NCBI GenBank assembly: GCA_052390515.1
Contig: JBQTGV010000114.1
Location: forward strand, 1-33,924
DNA: 33,924 nt
Source: Candidatus Eiseniibacteriota bacterium
Lineage (GTDB): Bacteria > ARS69
Direction: 5' to 3'
The translations under genes and the position numbers were made by a program. The notes beneath the pieces are model-generated. The model worked only from the letters and a program-made list of their open reading frames with translations, made no database searches and had not been told where the DNA came from. Shown piece after piece: positions 7,663 to 18,314 of the stretch (positions within the stretch are counted from its first letter, which is position 1; each line of letters starts with the position of its first letter).

Positions 7663-9366
7663 ATGAAGCCTCGCGGGATGTGGGTTCCGCTTCTCCTCGC
7701 AACCGCTACCCCCTTCTTCGACGCGCATGCCGCCTGGCCACCATGCGGAGTCGCGCTCTCCACCGACGTGTTCGGACAGGATCGGCTCGCGATGACCTCC
7801 GACGGGTCGGGCGGCGCGATCGTAGCCTGGAGAGACACCCGCGGTGGCATCGGGCGCGACATCTTCGCGCGGCGTGTCGATGCCTCGGGCACTCCACTCT
7901 GGGATCCGAGCGGAGTGATCATTTGCACCGCGGCGGATAGTCAGGACAGCCTCGACATCGTTGCGGACGGAGTGGGCGGGGCCATCCTGACCTGGCAGGA
8001 TTTTCGCAGCGGGACAAACTGGGACATTTACGTGCAACGCATCGACGCAGAGGGGAACACGCTCTGGACAGCAGATGGAGTCCCTCTATGCACCGCGGTG
8101 AACGATCAGGAAACGCCGGTGCTGGTTTCCGACTACGCGGGCGGCGCGATCGTCGCGTGGCGCGACAACCGCGCAGGCCAAGACATCTACGTTCGGCGCG
8201 TCAACTCGTCAGGGGCTCCGCTCTGGGCGGACAACGGCGTGGCGCTGTGTGTCGCGACCAACGCTCAGGCGTTGCCCCGGATCGTCTCGGACGGAACCGG
8301 CGGCGCGATTGTAACTTGGCGGGATCCCCGCAATGGGACTACGAATTTCGACGTTTACGCTCGGCGCATCACCGCATCGGGGACTCCCCTGTGGACCACG
8401 GACGGTGTCGCGGTCTGTTCCGCGGCGGGAAATCAGCTCGATCCGGTCATTGCATCGGACGAGGCTGGCGGTGCCGTCATCGCGTGGATGGACCTCCGCA
8501 ACGTGAGCCAGGGAAACCAGGACCTCTACGCACAGAGGATCGATGTCTCGGGGCAAACCGTTTGGCCCGCTAACGGGATTATCGTCTCCTCTGCGTCGGG
8601 CGCGCAAGTAGAGCAGGTGATCGTTTCCGACCGTGCGGGCGGTGCCGTTCTTGCGTGGCTGGACACCCGAACCGGAGACGCCGACATGTACGCACAGCGA
8701 GTCGATGCGTCCGGCACTCAGCTCTGGACACCGGACGGCATCGGCGTTTGTACCGCCCTCGGAACTCAGGCTCGGCAAGTGATCGCCTCCGACCTCGCCG
8801 GAGGGGCGATCATCGCGTGGGAGGACTGGCGGAACGGCGACCTGGACGTGTATGCCCAGCGCGTGAATGCCTCCGGAAACGCGCATTGGACTCCCGATGG
8901 CTTCCCCGTCTGCGTCGACGCACCGCGTTTTCAATCCAACCCCGATCCGGTGATCGCTTCGGACGGCGCCGGCGGGGCGATCGTCGCGTGGTCCGATGAC
9001 CGAGCCGTCGACGGGAATCTCGACGTCTATGCGCGGCGCGTCCAGTCCCCGCCCGCCGTGTCGGCACCTCTCTCCGGGGTGGCGACCGCGTCGCTCGTTG
9101 TGCTTCCGCACCACCCCAATCCTGTCCGAGGCATTGCCTCCCTCGAGCTGGCCCTGCCGTCGGCCTCGGCGGTGACGATCGGGCTGTTCGATGTCGCTGG
9201 GAGGAAGCTGGCCGTGCGCTCCCTGGGAGTGCTGGCGAGCGGCTGGCAGCGCGTGACGCTCGACGCGTCGGACGCTCTAGGAGCACCGTTGCCCGCGGGG
9301 ATCTACTTCTACCAAATCGAGGCGGCGGGGCACACGCTCACGCGCAAGATGGCGGTGCTCCGGTAG
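7663..9366 (+). CDS. Secreted protein with eight ~57-aa 'SDGxGGAIVAWxDxR...DIYAQRVDASG..LW..DG' repeats (probable beta-propeller) and a C-terminal FlgD-Ig/T9SS-like domain
   Basis: ATG 7663 with AGAGGTG SD; signal-like N-terminus; 8 repeats counted; C-terminus HPNPVRG...LFDVAGRKL...LPAGIYFYQIEA...TRKMAVLR. Confidence 0.85.
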   Translation: MKPRGMWVPLLLATATPFFDAHAAWPPCGVALSTDVFGQDRLAMTSDGSGGAIVAWRDTRGGIGRDIFARRVDASGTPLWDPSGVIICTAADSQDSLDIVADGVGGAILTWQDFRSGTNWDIYVQRIDAEGNTLWTADGVPLCTAVNDQETPVLVSDYAGGAIVAWRDNRAGQDIYVRRVNSSGAPLWADNGVALCVATNAQALPRIVSDGTGGAIVTWRDPRNGTTNFDVYARRITASGTPLWTTDGVAVCSAAGNQLDPVIASDEAGGAVIAWMDLRNVSQGNQDLYAQRIDVSGQTVWPANGIIVSSASGAQVEQVIVSDRAGGAVLAWLDTRTGDADMYAQRVDASGTQLWTPDGIGVCTALGTQARQVIASDLAGGAIIAWEDWRNGDLDVYAQRVNASGNAHWTPDGFPVCVDAPRFQSNPDPVIASDGAGGAIVAWSDDRAVDGNLDVYARRVQSPPAVSAPLSGVATASLVVLPHHPNPVRGIASLELALPSASAVTIGLFDVAGRKLAVRSLGVLASGWQRVTLDASDALGAPLPAGIYFYQIEAAGHTLTRKMAVLR

Positions 9367-9382
9367 CGCCGCCGGCCCCGAC

Positions 9383-11185
9383 CTACCGCTCGATCTTCAG
9401 CACCGACAGGAAGGCCTCCTGCGGGATGGTCACCGTGCCCACCTGCTTCATCCGCTTCTTGCCCTCCTTCTGCTTCTCCAGAAGCTTGCGCTTCCGGGTG
9501 ATGTCGCCGCCGTAGCATTTCGCGATCACGTTCTTGCGCAGCGCCGACACCGTCTCCCGCGCGATCACCCGGCTGCCGACCGCGGCCTGGATGGCCACCT
9601 GGAACTGCTGGCGCGGGATCACTTCCTTGAGCTTCAGGCAGAGGTCCCGGCCCCACTCGTACGCCTTCTCCTCGTGCACGATGATGGAGAGCGCGTCCAC
9701 GGGGTCGCCGTTCAGCAGGATGTCGAGCTTGACCATGTCCGCCTCACGGAACCCGGCGTAGTCGTAGTCGAAGCTGGCGTACCCCTTGGAAACGGACTTC
9801 AGCTTGTCGTAGAAGTCGAAGATGATCTCCGCGAGCGGGAACTCCCAGTGCATGACGAGGCGCGTCGGATCCAGGTACTCCATGCCGGTCTGGATGCCAC
9901 GCCGTTCCCGCGCGATCTTCATGATGTTGCCGATGTAGTCCGCCGGCAGCACGATCTCCGCCTTGATGATCGGCTCCTCGATGTGCGCGATGTCCGCGGG
10001 CTTCGGCAGGTCCGCCGGGCTGTCGATCTCCTTCACCTCTCCGTTCAGCATGTGCACCATGTACGGCACCGTCGGCACGGTGGCGATGAGTCCCAAGTCG
10101 AACTCGCGCTCGAGCCGCTCCTGCACGATCTCGCGGTGCAGCAGTCCGAGGAACCCGCACCGGAACCCGAAGCCGAGCGCCGTCGACGTCTCCGGCTCGT
10201 AATGCAGCGAAGCGTCGTTCAGCTTGAGCTTGTCCAGGGCGTCGCGCAGGTCCGTATAGTTCTCCGTGTCCATGGGGTAGAAGCCGGAGAAGACCATGGG
10301 CTTCGCCTCGACGTAGCGCGCGAGCGGCGCCCGCGCCGGCCGATCCCGATCCGTGATTGTATCGCCCACCTTCGCGTCGGCGATGTTCTTCACGCCGGCG
10401 ATCACGTAACCCACTTCGCCCGCGCGGAGCTCCGCGGCCTTGATCATGCGCAGCCGGAGGAAGCCGACCTCGTCCACCAGGTACTCGCTGCCGTTGGAGA
10501 AGAAACGGATGGTCATGCCCGCCCGGAGCACGCCCTCCCGCACGCGTACGTAGGCGATGGCCCCGCGGTACTGGTCGAAGGCGGAATCGAAGATGAGGGC
10601 GCGCAGCGGTTCGTCGGCGCTCCCTGTGGGCGGCGGGATCCGCCGGATCATCTCGTCCAGCACCCGCTCGACGCCAAGGCCGCTCTTCGCCGAGATGCGC
10701 AGGATCTGCTCCGGCTCGCCGCCGATGAGGTCATGGATCTGGTGCGCCACGCGGTCCGGATCCGCGCCGGGAAGATCGATCTTGTTCAGCACCGGGATGA
10801 TCTCCAGATCTCCGGCGAGCGCCAGATGCAGGTTCGAGATGGTCTGCGCCTCGACCCCTTGGCTGGCGTCGACGACCAGCAACGCGCCCTCGCACGCCGC
10901 GAGACTCCGCGACACCTCGTACGAGAAGTCCACGTGCCCGGGCGTGTCGATCAGGTTCAGCACGTAGTCGGTTCCGCCCGCGGCCCGATAGTCCATGCGG
11001 ATGGCGTGCGCCTTGATGGTGATGCCGCGCTCCTTCTCCAGGTCCATGCTATCCAGGACCTGGTTCTGCGCCTGCTCCGGGCTGAGCGTGCCGGTGAGCG
11101 AGAGAAGGCGGTCGGCCAGGGTGGACTTCCCGTGGTCGATGTGCGCGATGATGCAGAAATTGCGGATCCGTGCTGCGTCGGTCAT
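9383..11185 (-). CDS. lepA: Elongation factor 4 (LepA), 600 aa
   Basis: [70 protein letters not shown]; start overlaps the lepB stop (ATGA). Confidence 0.98.
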   Translation of the reverse strand: MTDAARIRNFCIIAHIDHGKSTLADRLLSLTGTLSPEQAQNQVLDSMDLEKERGITIKAHAIRMDYRAAGGTDYVLNLIDTPGHVDFSYEVSRSLAACEGALLVVDASQGVEAQTISNLHLALAGDLEIIPVLNKIDLPGADPDRVAHQIHDLIGGEPEQILRISAKSGLGVERVLDEMIRRIPPPTGSADEPLRALIFDSAFDQYRGAIAYVRVREGVLRAGMTIRFFSNGSEYLVDEVGFLRLRMIKAAELRAGEVGYVIAGVKNIADAKVGDTITDRDRPARAPLARYVEAKPMVFSGFYPMDTENYTDLRDALDKLKLNDASLHYEPETSTALGFGFRCGFLGLLHREIVQERLEREFDLGLIATVPTVPYMVHMLNGEVKEIDSPADLPKPADIAHIEEPIIKAEIVLPADYIGNIMKIARERRGIQTGMEYLDPTRLVMHWEFPLAEIIFDFYDKLKSVSKGYASFDYDYAGFREADMVKLDILLNGDPVDALSIIVHEEKAYEWGRDLCLKLKEVIPRQQFQVAIQAAVGSRVIARETVSALRKNVIAKCYGGDITRKRKLLEKQKEGKKRMKQVGTVTIPQEAFLSVLKIER

Positions 11186-11946
11186 GGGGTCTGCGTGGGC
11201 GTTGCGGCCTCCGCAGCTCCGAACGCGCCGGCCGATGCGTCGGCTTCCAGCGCGTAGACTTCCGAGTAGTCCTTCGCCAGCCACTTGCCCAGCCGCGTGA
11301 TGCGCGGGCGGCCGAGTACCAGCTCGAGCAGGCCCTTGGCCCAGGAGTCGGTCATCTCGCGAACGAAGCGCGGCGCGCGTTCCGGATCGGTCGACCAGTA
11401 CAGGACGAACGCGCGGCCCACCACCCGAGTCGGATCCAGCTCGTTCCAGTAGCGGCTGTCCTGGCTGTTGTTGCGGTTGTCGCCCATCATGAAGAGACTG
11501 CCGTCGGGAAGCCTGCGCGGCCCGTAGTCCTTGCGCACCGGCCCGCCCACCTGCTTCAGCACCTTGTATGGCTCGTTGATGGAGTGGCCGTCGATCGCGA
11601 CCACGTTGTCGTCGATCTCGATCGTCTCCCCGCCCGTGGCGATGCAACGCTTGATGTAGTCGCGGTTCGTGCGCGGATCCTTGAAGACGATGATGTCGCC
11701 GCGCGCGGGATCCCGGAATCCGGGGAGGCGCCAGTCGGTGAAGGGGACCTTCGCCCCGTAGGTGATCTTGTCGACCAGCAGGAAGTCGCCGATCAGCAGC
11801 GTGTCCTCCATGGAGCCCGAGGGGATCCGGAAGGCCTGCACGAAGAACGTGCGGATGAACAGCGCAATGGCCAGCGCATAGACCGCGGTCTTGAGTGTCT
11901 CGAGGACTCCGCCCTGCTTCGGCTTGCTCTTGCTCGACTTTGCCAT
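11182..11946 (-). CDS. lepB: Signal peptidase I, 254 aa
   Basis: TM helix then [16 protein letters not shown] (catalytic Ser), YIKRC (catalytic Lys), [23 protein letters not shown] before ATG 11946. Confidence 0.96.
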   Translation of the reverse strand: MAKSSKSKPKQGGVLETLKTAVYALAIALFIRTFFVQAFRIPSGSMEDTLLIGDFLLVDKITYGAKVPFTDWRLPGFRDPARGDIIVFKDPRTNRDYIKRCIATGGETIEIDDNVVAIDGHSINEPYKVLKQVGGPVRKDYGPRRLPDGSLFMMGDNRNNSQDSRYWNELDPTRVVGRAFVLYWSTDPERAPRFVREMTDSWAKGLLELVLGRPRITRLGKWLAKDYSEVYALEADASAGAFGAAEAATPTQTP

Positions 11947-11953
11947 GCTCTCC

Positions 11954-12592
11954 TCAGAAACGGTATCCCACGTGCGCGGCCGAGGGGCCGACCTCGGCGA
12001 AGAGCCCGCGGCCTTCCTCGAGCTCCCGGTCGAAGTCGCCCAGGTGCGCGTCGATGTACGCATCCAGCGCGCCGTAGAACGACCCGATGATCGCCCAGAA
12101 GAGGAGGTCCCGGCGCGTGTCGAAGTGCTCCTCGGCGAGCGCCTCGGCGTGGGCCACCTCCGCGGACGAGCCGCCGGCGGCCTCCAGGCGATCCACTTCC
12201 TGCTGCCACTCCCTGCCGCGCTGGGTCTGCACCACGACGCGCGTCCAGATGTAGGTCTGGAACCCGAACAGCACCGCGGCCTTGACCTTCCGTCCGTTCG
12301 CCACCTGCCCCCACGCGGGGAACACCGCGCTCTGCACCGCCCGGGTGAACGCGAACGGCACCGGGTCCGGCTTCTCGGGGTCCTCGGCGGCCTGAGCCTC
12401 GGTGCTGTCGGGCGGCACCGCCGTGGTATCCGCCCCCGCACCGTCGACCGGCGCCCCGATGCCGGCGGCGGCCGTATCCGCCGGCGCGGAGTCCACCGCG
12501 AGCGGCTGCACCGGGTCCGGCGCCTGGCCGGGGGCCGCCTCGTCCGCCGACGCCCCTCCCGCGACCGCCATCCAGAACACGAGTCCGGCCAC
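11954..12592 (-). CDS. Hypothetical membrane protein, DUF5683-like
   Basis: Acidic Ala/Pro-rich N-terminal region, then SAVFPAWGQVANGRKVKA and LDAYIDAHLGDFD. Start uncertain (GTG 12592 or ATG 12571); the longer track ORF runs through the tRNA-Sec gene. Confidence 0.7.
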   Translation of the reverse strand: MAGLVFWMAVAGGASADEAAPGQAPDPVQPLAVDSAPADTAAAGIGAPVDGAGADTTAVPPDSTEAQAAEDPEKPDPVPFAFTRAVQSAVFPAWGQVANGRKVKAAVLFGFQTYIWTRVVVQTQRGREWQQEVDRLEAAGGSSAEVAHAEALAEEHFDTRRDLLFWAIIGSFYGALDAYIDAHLGDFDRELEEGRGLFAEVGPSAAHVGYRF

Positions 12593-12605
12593 CCCGTTCC
12601 GCGAA

Positions 12606-12703
12606 TGGCGGGAATGTGTGGGAATCGAACCCACCTCGGATGGTTTCAGCACCCGACGGAAGGATTTGAAGTCCTCGAGGTTCACCAGAACCTTCCCATT
12701 CCC
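12606..12703 (-). tRNA. selC: tRNA-Sec (anticodon UCA), 98 nt
   Basis: GGGAATGGGA-AGGTTC-TGGT-GAACCT (6-bp D stem, 4-nt loop), GAGGA-CTTCAAA-TCCTT anticodon arm, long variable arm TCGGGTG/CATCCGA, GTGGG-TTCGATT-CCCAC T arm, ends CATTCCC-GCCA with G discriminator. Confidence 0.95.
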
Positions 12704-12704
12704 G

Positions 12705-12740
12705 GGGGTCGTCACGTTCATCGGGGTCGTCACGTTCATC
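12705..12740. repeat. Perfect 18-bp tandem duplication
   Basis: GGGGTCGTCACGTTCATC at 12705-12722 and 12723-12740. Confidence 0.9.
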
Positions 12741-13119
12741 CGATCACGGCGATGCAATCGATCTCCACCAGCGCGTTCAGCGGAAGCTGCTTCACCGCGA
12801 CCGTGGCGCGCGCAGGCGGCGCCGCCGGGAAGTGCTTCGCGTAGACCTCGTTCATCGCCGGGAAGTCGGCCATGTCCGTCAGGAACACCGTGGTCTTCAC
12901 GACCCGGTCCAACGAGCTTCCCGCCGCCTCCAGAACCGCGCCGAGATTGGCCATCACCTGCGCGGTCTGCGCCCCGACATCGGCGCCGCGGAGCTCCTTC
13001 GTCCCCGGGATCAGCGCCACCTGGCCGGAGGCGAAGACGAAGCCCCCCGCGCGGATGGCCTGGTGGTAGGGACCGATCGCCCCGGGGGCGCGGTCGGTGG
13101 ACACGACGGTGCGATCCAT
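12736..13119 (-). CDS. ridA: RidA/YjgF family enamine/imine deaminase
   Basis: APGAIGPYHQAI, FASGQVAL, VVKTTVFLTDMADFPAMNEVY, PARATVAVKQLP, LVEIDCIA. Confidence 0.93.
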   Translation of the reverse strand: MDRTVVSTDRAPGAIGPYHQAIRAGGFVFASGQVALIPGTKELRGADVGAQTAQVMANLGAVLEAAGSSLDRVVKTTVFLTDMADFPAMNEVYAKHFPAAPPARATVAVKQLPLNALVEIDCIAVIG

Positions 13120-13137
13120 CTCGGCGGCTCGCGCTCC

Positions 13138-14973
<1,836 letters not shown>

Positions 14974-14977
14974 GATG

Positions 14978-16351
14978 CTATCCCTTCCCGCCCGCGGCTT
15001 CCGCGAAGCGCCCGACGAGGGCGCGCGTCTTTCGCACGAGCTCGTCGGCCGTCTCGGCGTCCTCGGCTTCGGCCAGGAGTCGGAGGATGGGCTCGGTGTT
15101 CGAGCGGCGCAGGTGCACCCAGCCTCCCCGGGTCGACAGCTTGAGCCCGTCGGTCCGATCGACCGTGGCTCCCGGGAAGCCGTTCTCCAGCTCCCCCAGG
15201 ATGTGATCGACCGGAAGACCCTCCACCTCGATCTTCTCCTTGCGCATCACCGTGCGGGGAATCCGGGCGGCAAGGTCCGAGACGCGAGCCTTGCCCTGGG
15301 CCAGCGCGCTGAGCCACAGGGCCATCCCCAAGATACCGTCCCGGCCCGGGTTCACCGAGGGAACGATGATCCCGCCGTTCCCCTCTCCGCCGATCTTCGC
15401 CCCCACGGCGAGCATGCGCTCGGTCACGTTCACCTCGCCGACCGCCGTGCGGTGCACCTTCGCCCCGTACCGGGCGGCCACCGCCTCGATGGCCATGGTG
15501 GTCGAGACGTTCACGACGACGTCGCCTCCGACCCTGGGGAGGACGGAGTCTACCACCGCGGCGAGGGTCACCTCCTCGCCGATCGGGCGGCCCTGCTCGT
15601 CCACCACGGCCACCCGGTCCGCGTCGGGGTCCAGGGCGAACCCGATGTCGGCCCCTGCCGCCGGCACCGCCCGGGCGAGCTCCCCGAGGTTCTCCGGGAC
15701 GGGCTCGGGATTCCGCGGGAACCGGCCGGTAGGGCCGTCGTGGAGCCAGGAGACCTTCACTTCCAGCCGTTCGAGCAGGATCCGGGCGGTCGGCCCACCG
15801 GCACCGCTCACGCAGTCGACGACGGCGGAGAGCCCTCGCGAGCGGATCGCGGCAGCGTCCACCAGGGGCGAAGCCAGGATCTCGTCGACGTGCATCGCCG
15901 GGAAGTCGTGGCGGCGGGAGCGGCGGCCGACCTCGAACGCCGGCACGAAGCGGGGGCGTCCGGCGTCGATCCGAGCCTTCAGCGCCGTGCCCTCGCGTTC
16001 GGTGAGGAAGATCCCCCGTGACGAGATGAACTTGAGCGCGTTCCACTCCGCGGGATTGTGCGACGCGGAGATCTGGACGCCTCCGGAAGCGCCGAGCTTT
16101 CGCACCGCGAGGCCGACTGTGGGCGTCGGCACGATCCCGATGTCCACGACGTCCCGGCCGATGCCGAGCAACCCGGCGACGACCGCACCCCGGGCCATCT
16201 CCCCGGAGACCCGCGAGTCCCTCCCGACGACCACGGCGCCGGTGCCGAGGAAGGCCCCGAAGTGGCCGGCCAGCTCGGTGAAGACGAGCGGATCGAGACC
16301 CTTGCCGATGATCCCGCGCGCCCCGGAAACCGAGAAGATGAGGCCCTGCAT
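14978..16351 (-). CDS. glmM: Phosphoglucosamine mutase (phosphohexomutase family), 457 aa
   Basis: ATG 16351 with GGAGGT SD; ISASHNP, DPDADR, GGEGNGG, RRSNTEP; directly upstream of glmS. Confidence 0.88.
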   Translation of the reverse strand: MQGLIFSVSGARGIIGKGLDPLVFTELAGHFGAFLGTGAVVVGRDSRVSGEMARGAVVAGLLGIGRDVVDIGIVPTPTVGLAVRKLGASGGVQISASHNPAEWNALKFISSRGIFLTEREGTALKARIDAGRPRFVPAFEVGRRSRRHDFPAMHVDEILASPLVDAAAIRSRGLSAVVDCVSGAGGPTARILLERLEVKVSWLHDGPTGRFPRNPEPVPENLGELARAVPAAGADIGFALDPDADRVAVVDEQGRPIGEEVTLAAVVDSVLPRVGGDVVVNVSTTMAIEAVAARYGAKVHRTAVGEVNVTERMLAVGAKIGGEGNGGIIVPSVNPGRDGILGMALWLSALAQGKARVSDLAARIPRTVMRKEKIEVEGLPVDHILGELENGFPGATVDRTDGLKLSTRGGWVHLRRSNTEPILRLLAEAEDAETADELVRKTRALVGRFAEAAGGKG

Positions 16352-16421
16352 GGAACCTCCTGCCACGAGGATCGGGCATCGGCCGTTCGCGGAGGGTCTT
16401 CCGAACGGAGGGTCGACGGTC

Positions 16422-16497
16422 TGGAGCTGGTGAGCGGAATCGAACCGCTGACCTACGCATTACGAGTGCGTTGCTCTACCGACTGAGCTACACCAGC
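16422..16497 (-). tRNA. tRNA-Thr (anticodon CGU)
   Basis: GCTGGTGTAGCTCAGTCGGTAGAGCAACGCACTCGTAATGCGTAGGTCAGCGGTTCGATTCCGCTCACCAGCTCCA, 76 nt, CCA encoded. Confidence 0.97.
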
Positions 16498-16527
16498 TCG
16501 CTCGACGACCGCGGGACCGACCCAGGA

Positions 16528-16603
16528 TGGTGAGCCGGCCCAGAGTCGAACTGGGGACACCAGGATTTTCAGTCCTGTGCTCTACCAACTGAGCTACCGG
16601 CTC
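16528..16603 (-). tRNA. tRNA-Phe (anticodon GAA)
   Basis: GAGCCGGTAGCTCAGTTGGTAGAGCACAGGACTGAAAATCCTGGTGTCCCCAGTTCGACTCTGGGCCGGCTCACCA, 76 nt, CCA encoded. Confidence 0.97.
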
Positions 16604-16642
16604 ATCCTGCCACCCGGATTTTCCCTGAGCGGAGGACGGTGG

Positions 16643-16671
16643 AGAGTAGGCGACGGGATCGGCAGTGTCAA
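16643..16671 (-). promoter_or_regulatory. Strong sigma70-type promoter for the tRNA-Phe/Thr, glmM, glmS run
   Basis: TTGACA (16671-16666), N17, TACTCT (16648-16643). Confidence 0.8.
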
Positions 16672-16738
16672 TGCCGGGCCGGCCGCGACGCCACGTGAGA
16701 CTTCGCTTCGCGGCGTAGGTGCCGCGCCGAAGGCCAGG

Positions 16739-17716
16739 CTAGCGCCCGTACCCCTTCGGGTGCTCGAGGTGCCACCGCCATGCGCTGGCGATGATCTCCC
16801 GCAAGTCGCCGCGCGTCGGGTTCCAGCGCAGCTTCTCCTTCGCGCGCGCGGACGAGGCGATGAGTGAAGGCGGATCGCCGGGCCGGCGCGGCGCCACGAC
16901 CGTGCGGATCGGACGCCCGGCCACCCTCTCCGCCGCGGCGATGACTTCCTTCACCGAGAAGCCTTCGCCGTTCCCGAGGTTGAAGATGCCCTGCGTGCCA
17001 CGGGACAGGGCGTCCATTGCCAGGAGATGCGCGTCAGCCAGATCCAGGATGTGGATGAAGTCGCGGATGCAGGTGCCGTCGCGCGTGGGGTAGTCGTCCC
17101 CGAAGATGCGCACCTCGGTTCCGGCCGACGCCGCCGCCAGCACGAGAGGAATCAGATGCGTCTCCGGATCGTGGTGCTCGCCGCGCTGCTCCGACGCGCC
17201 GGCGGCGTTGAAGTATCGCAGCGAGATCCACTTCAGGCCGCGCACCCGCGAGTACCAGGCGAGCATCCGCTCGAAGAGCAGCTTCGACTCCCCGTACGGG
17301 TTCGTCGGGACGACGGGAAAGTCCTCGGTGATGGGTGAGCCCTCCGGCTCGCCGTAGGTCGCCGCAGTGGACGACAGCACGAACTTGTCCGCACCGAGCG
17401 CCATCGCCGCCTCGAGCAGGTGGATCCCCGCCGAGACGTTGTTCTCGAAGTACTTTCCCGGGTCTTGCATGGACTCGCCGACGAGGCTCGAGGCGGCCAT
17501 GTGCATCACCACGTCGACCTTTCGCCCGCGCAAAGCCGCGACGAGCGCGCCCCGGTCGCGCAGGTCCACCTCTACGACGTCGCAGCCGCGAGGCACCGCC
17601 TCCCGGTGGCCCTTGCTGAAGTCGTCGAGGACCGTGGTCTCGTGGCTCTCCTCCACGAGCCTCTCGGCGACGACGCTGCCGATGTAACCGGCTCCTCCCG
17701 TCACCAGGACCCGCAC
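16739..17716 (-). CDS. galE: UDP-glucose 4-epimerase, 325 aa
   Basis: GTG 17716 with AAAGGAGG SD; VLVTGGAGYIGS, SSTAATYG, NPYGESK, LRYFNAAGA, PETHLIP, DGTCIRDFIHILDLADAH. Confidence 0.95.
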   Translation of the reverse strand: MRVLVTGGAGYIGSVVAERLVEESHETTVLDDFSKGHREAVPRGCDVVEVDLRDRGALVAALRGRKVDVVMHMAASSLVGESMQDPGKYFENNVSAGIHLLEAAMALGADKFVLSSTAATYGEPEGSPITEDFPVVPTNPYGESKLLFERMLAWYSRVRGLKWISLRYFNAAGASEQRGEHHDPETHLIPLVLAAASAGTEVRIFGDDYPTRDGTCIRDFIHILDLADAHLLAMDALSRGTQGIFNLGNGEGFSVKEVIAAAERVAGRPIRTVVAPRRPGDPPSLIASSARAKEKLRWNPTRGDLREIIASAWRWHLEHPKGYGR

Positions 17717-17756
17717 GCGGCCTCCTTTTACGAATCGCCTCGTGAATCGCCCGCGC

Positions 17757-17833
17757 ACCTTACGGGGCAGGCGCCCCCCGGGCAACCCCCAGGGGCCGGC
17801 CGCTTGACCCCCGGGAGCCGGTTTTGCTAGCAT
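17757..17833. promoter_or_regulatory. Divergent sigma70-type promoter pair (galE on -, 71-aa gene on +)
   Basis: Minus: TTGCCC (17785-17780), N17, TAAGGT (17762-17757). Plus: TTGACC (17804-17809), N18, TAGCAT (17828-17833) with extended -10 TG. Confidence 0.55.
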
Positions 17834-17944
17834 CCTTGCGCTTGCCGACACCGGAGCTACCGGGGGGACGAGGCCCGGAGGGCGGGTCCCACCCAGGTCG
17901 GCCGGCACCTTGGATTCGCATCCAGCAGGCAGCGTGCCGGGCAC

Positions 17945-18160
17945 ATGGTCTACATCACCAAAGACCGCAGCTTTGCCAAGGATATCGCGGATCGACACGG
18001 ACTCGAGTCCATGCAGCATTCGGTGGCCCGGATTTACGGGCGTCCCGATGACATGGTCGACTGCGATCCGATGCAAACCTGGTACTACTACAACGAACGT
18101 GTCGCTTTCGTTTTCGAGAACGACAAGATCCAGCAAATCCAGGAGCTGAAGACCTACTGA
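17945..18160 (+). CDS. 71-aa hypothetical protein, possible BamE/SmpA-like small alpha/beta fold
   Basis: Protein-like composition unlike the Arg/Pro/Ala shadow ORFs; YGRPD...TWYY...AFVFENDKI; flanked by a promoter and a terminator. Confidence 0.75.
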   Translation: MVYITKDRSFAKDIADRHGLESMQHSVARIYGRPDDMVDCDPMQTWYYYNERVAFVFENDKIQQIQELKTY

Positions 18161-18198
18161 CGGAGCGTCCGGGAACGCCCGGAAACGTCAACCAACGC

Positions 18199-18242
18199 AA
18201 GGAAGCCGGACCGAGCGGTATGGGTCCGGCTTCCTTTCTTTT
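18199..18242 (+). terminator. Intrinsic terminator
   Basis: 14-bp stem AAGGAAGCCGGACC (18199-18212) / GGTCCGGCTTCCTT (18223-18236) followed by TCTTTT. Confidence 0.88.
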
Positions 18243-18314
18243 CGCCCCTCATCTTCCGCGCTACGATCGTCGATCATCCAGCAGCCGGCCAGTCGAACCA
18301 CCCCCGGAGTCGCC

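Noticed and set aside
14974-14977. glmS ribozyme upstream of glmS
   Set aside because: Only 4 nt separate glmM and glmS, leaving no room.
16523-16609. Complementary flanks of tRNA-Phe (CAGGATG / CATCCTG) extending the acceptor stem
   Set aside because: Only 7 bp and partly within the tRNA ends; may affect processing but could be chance.
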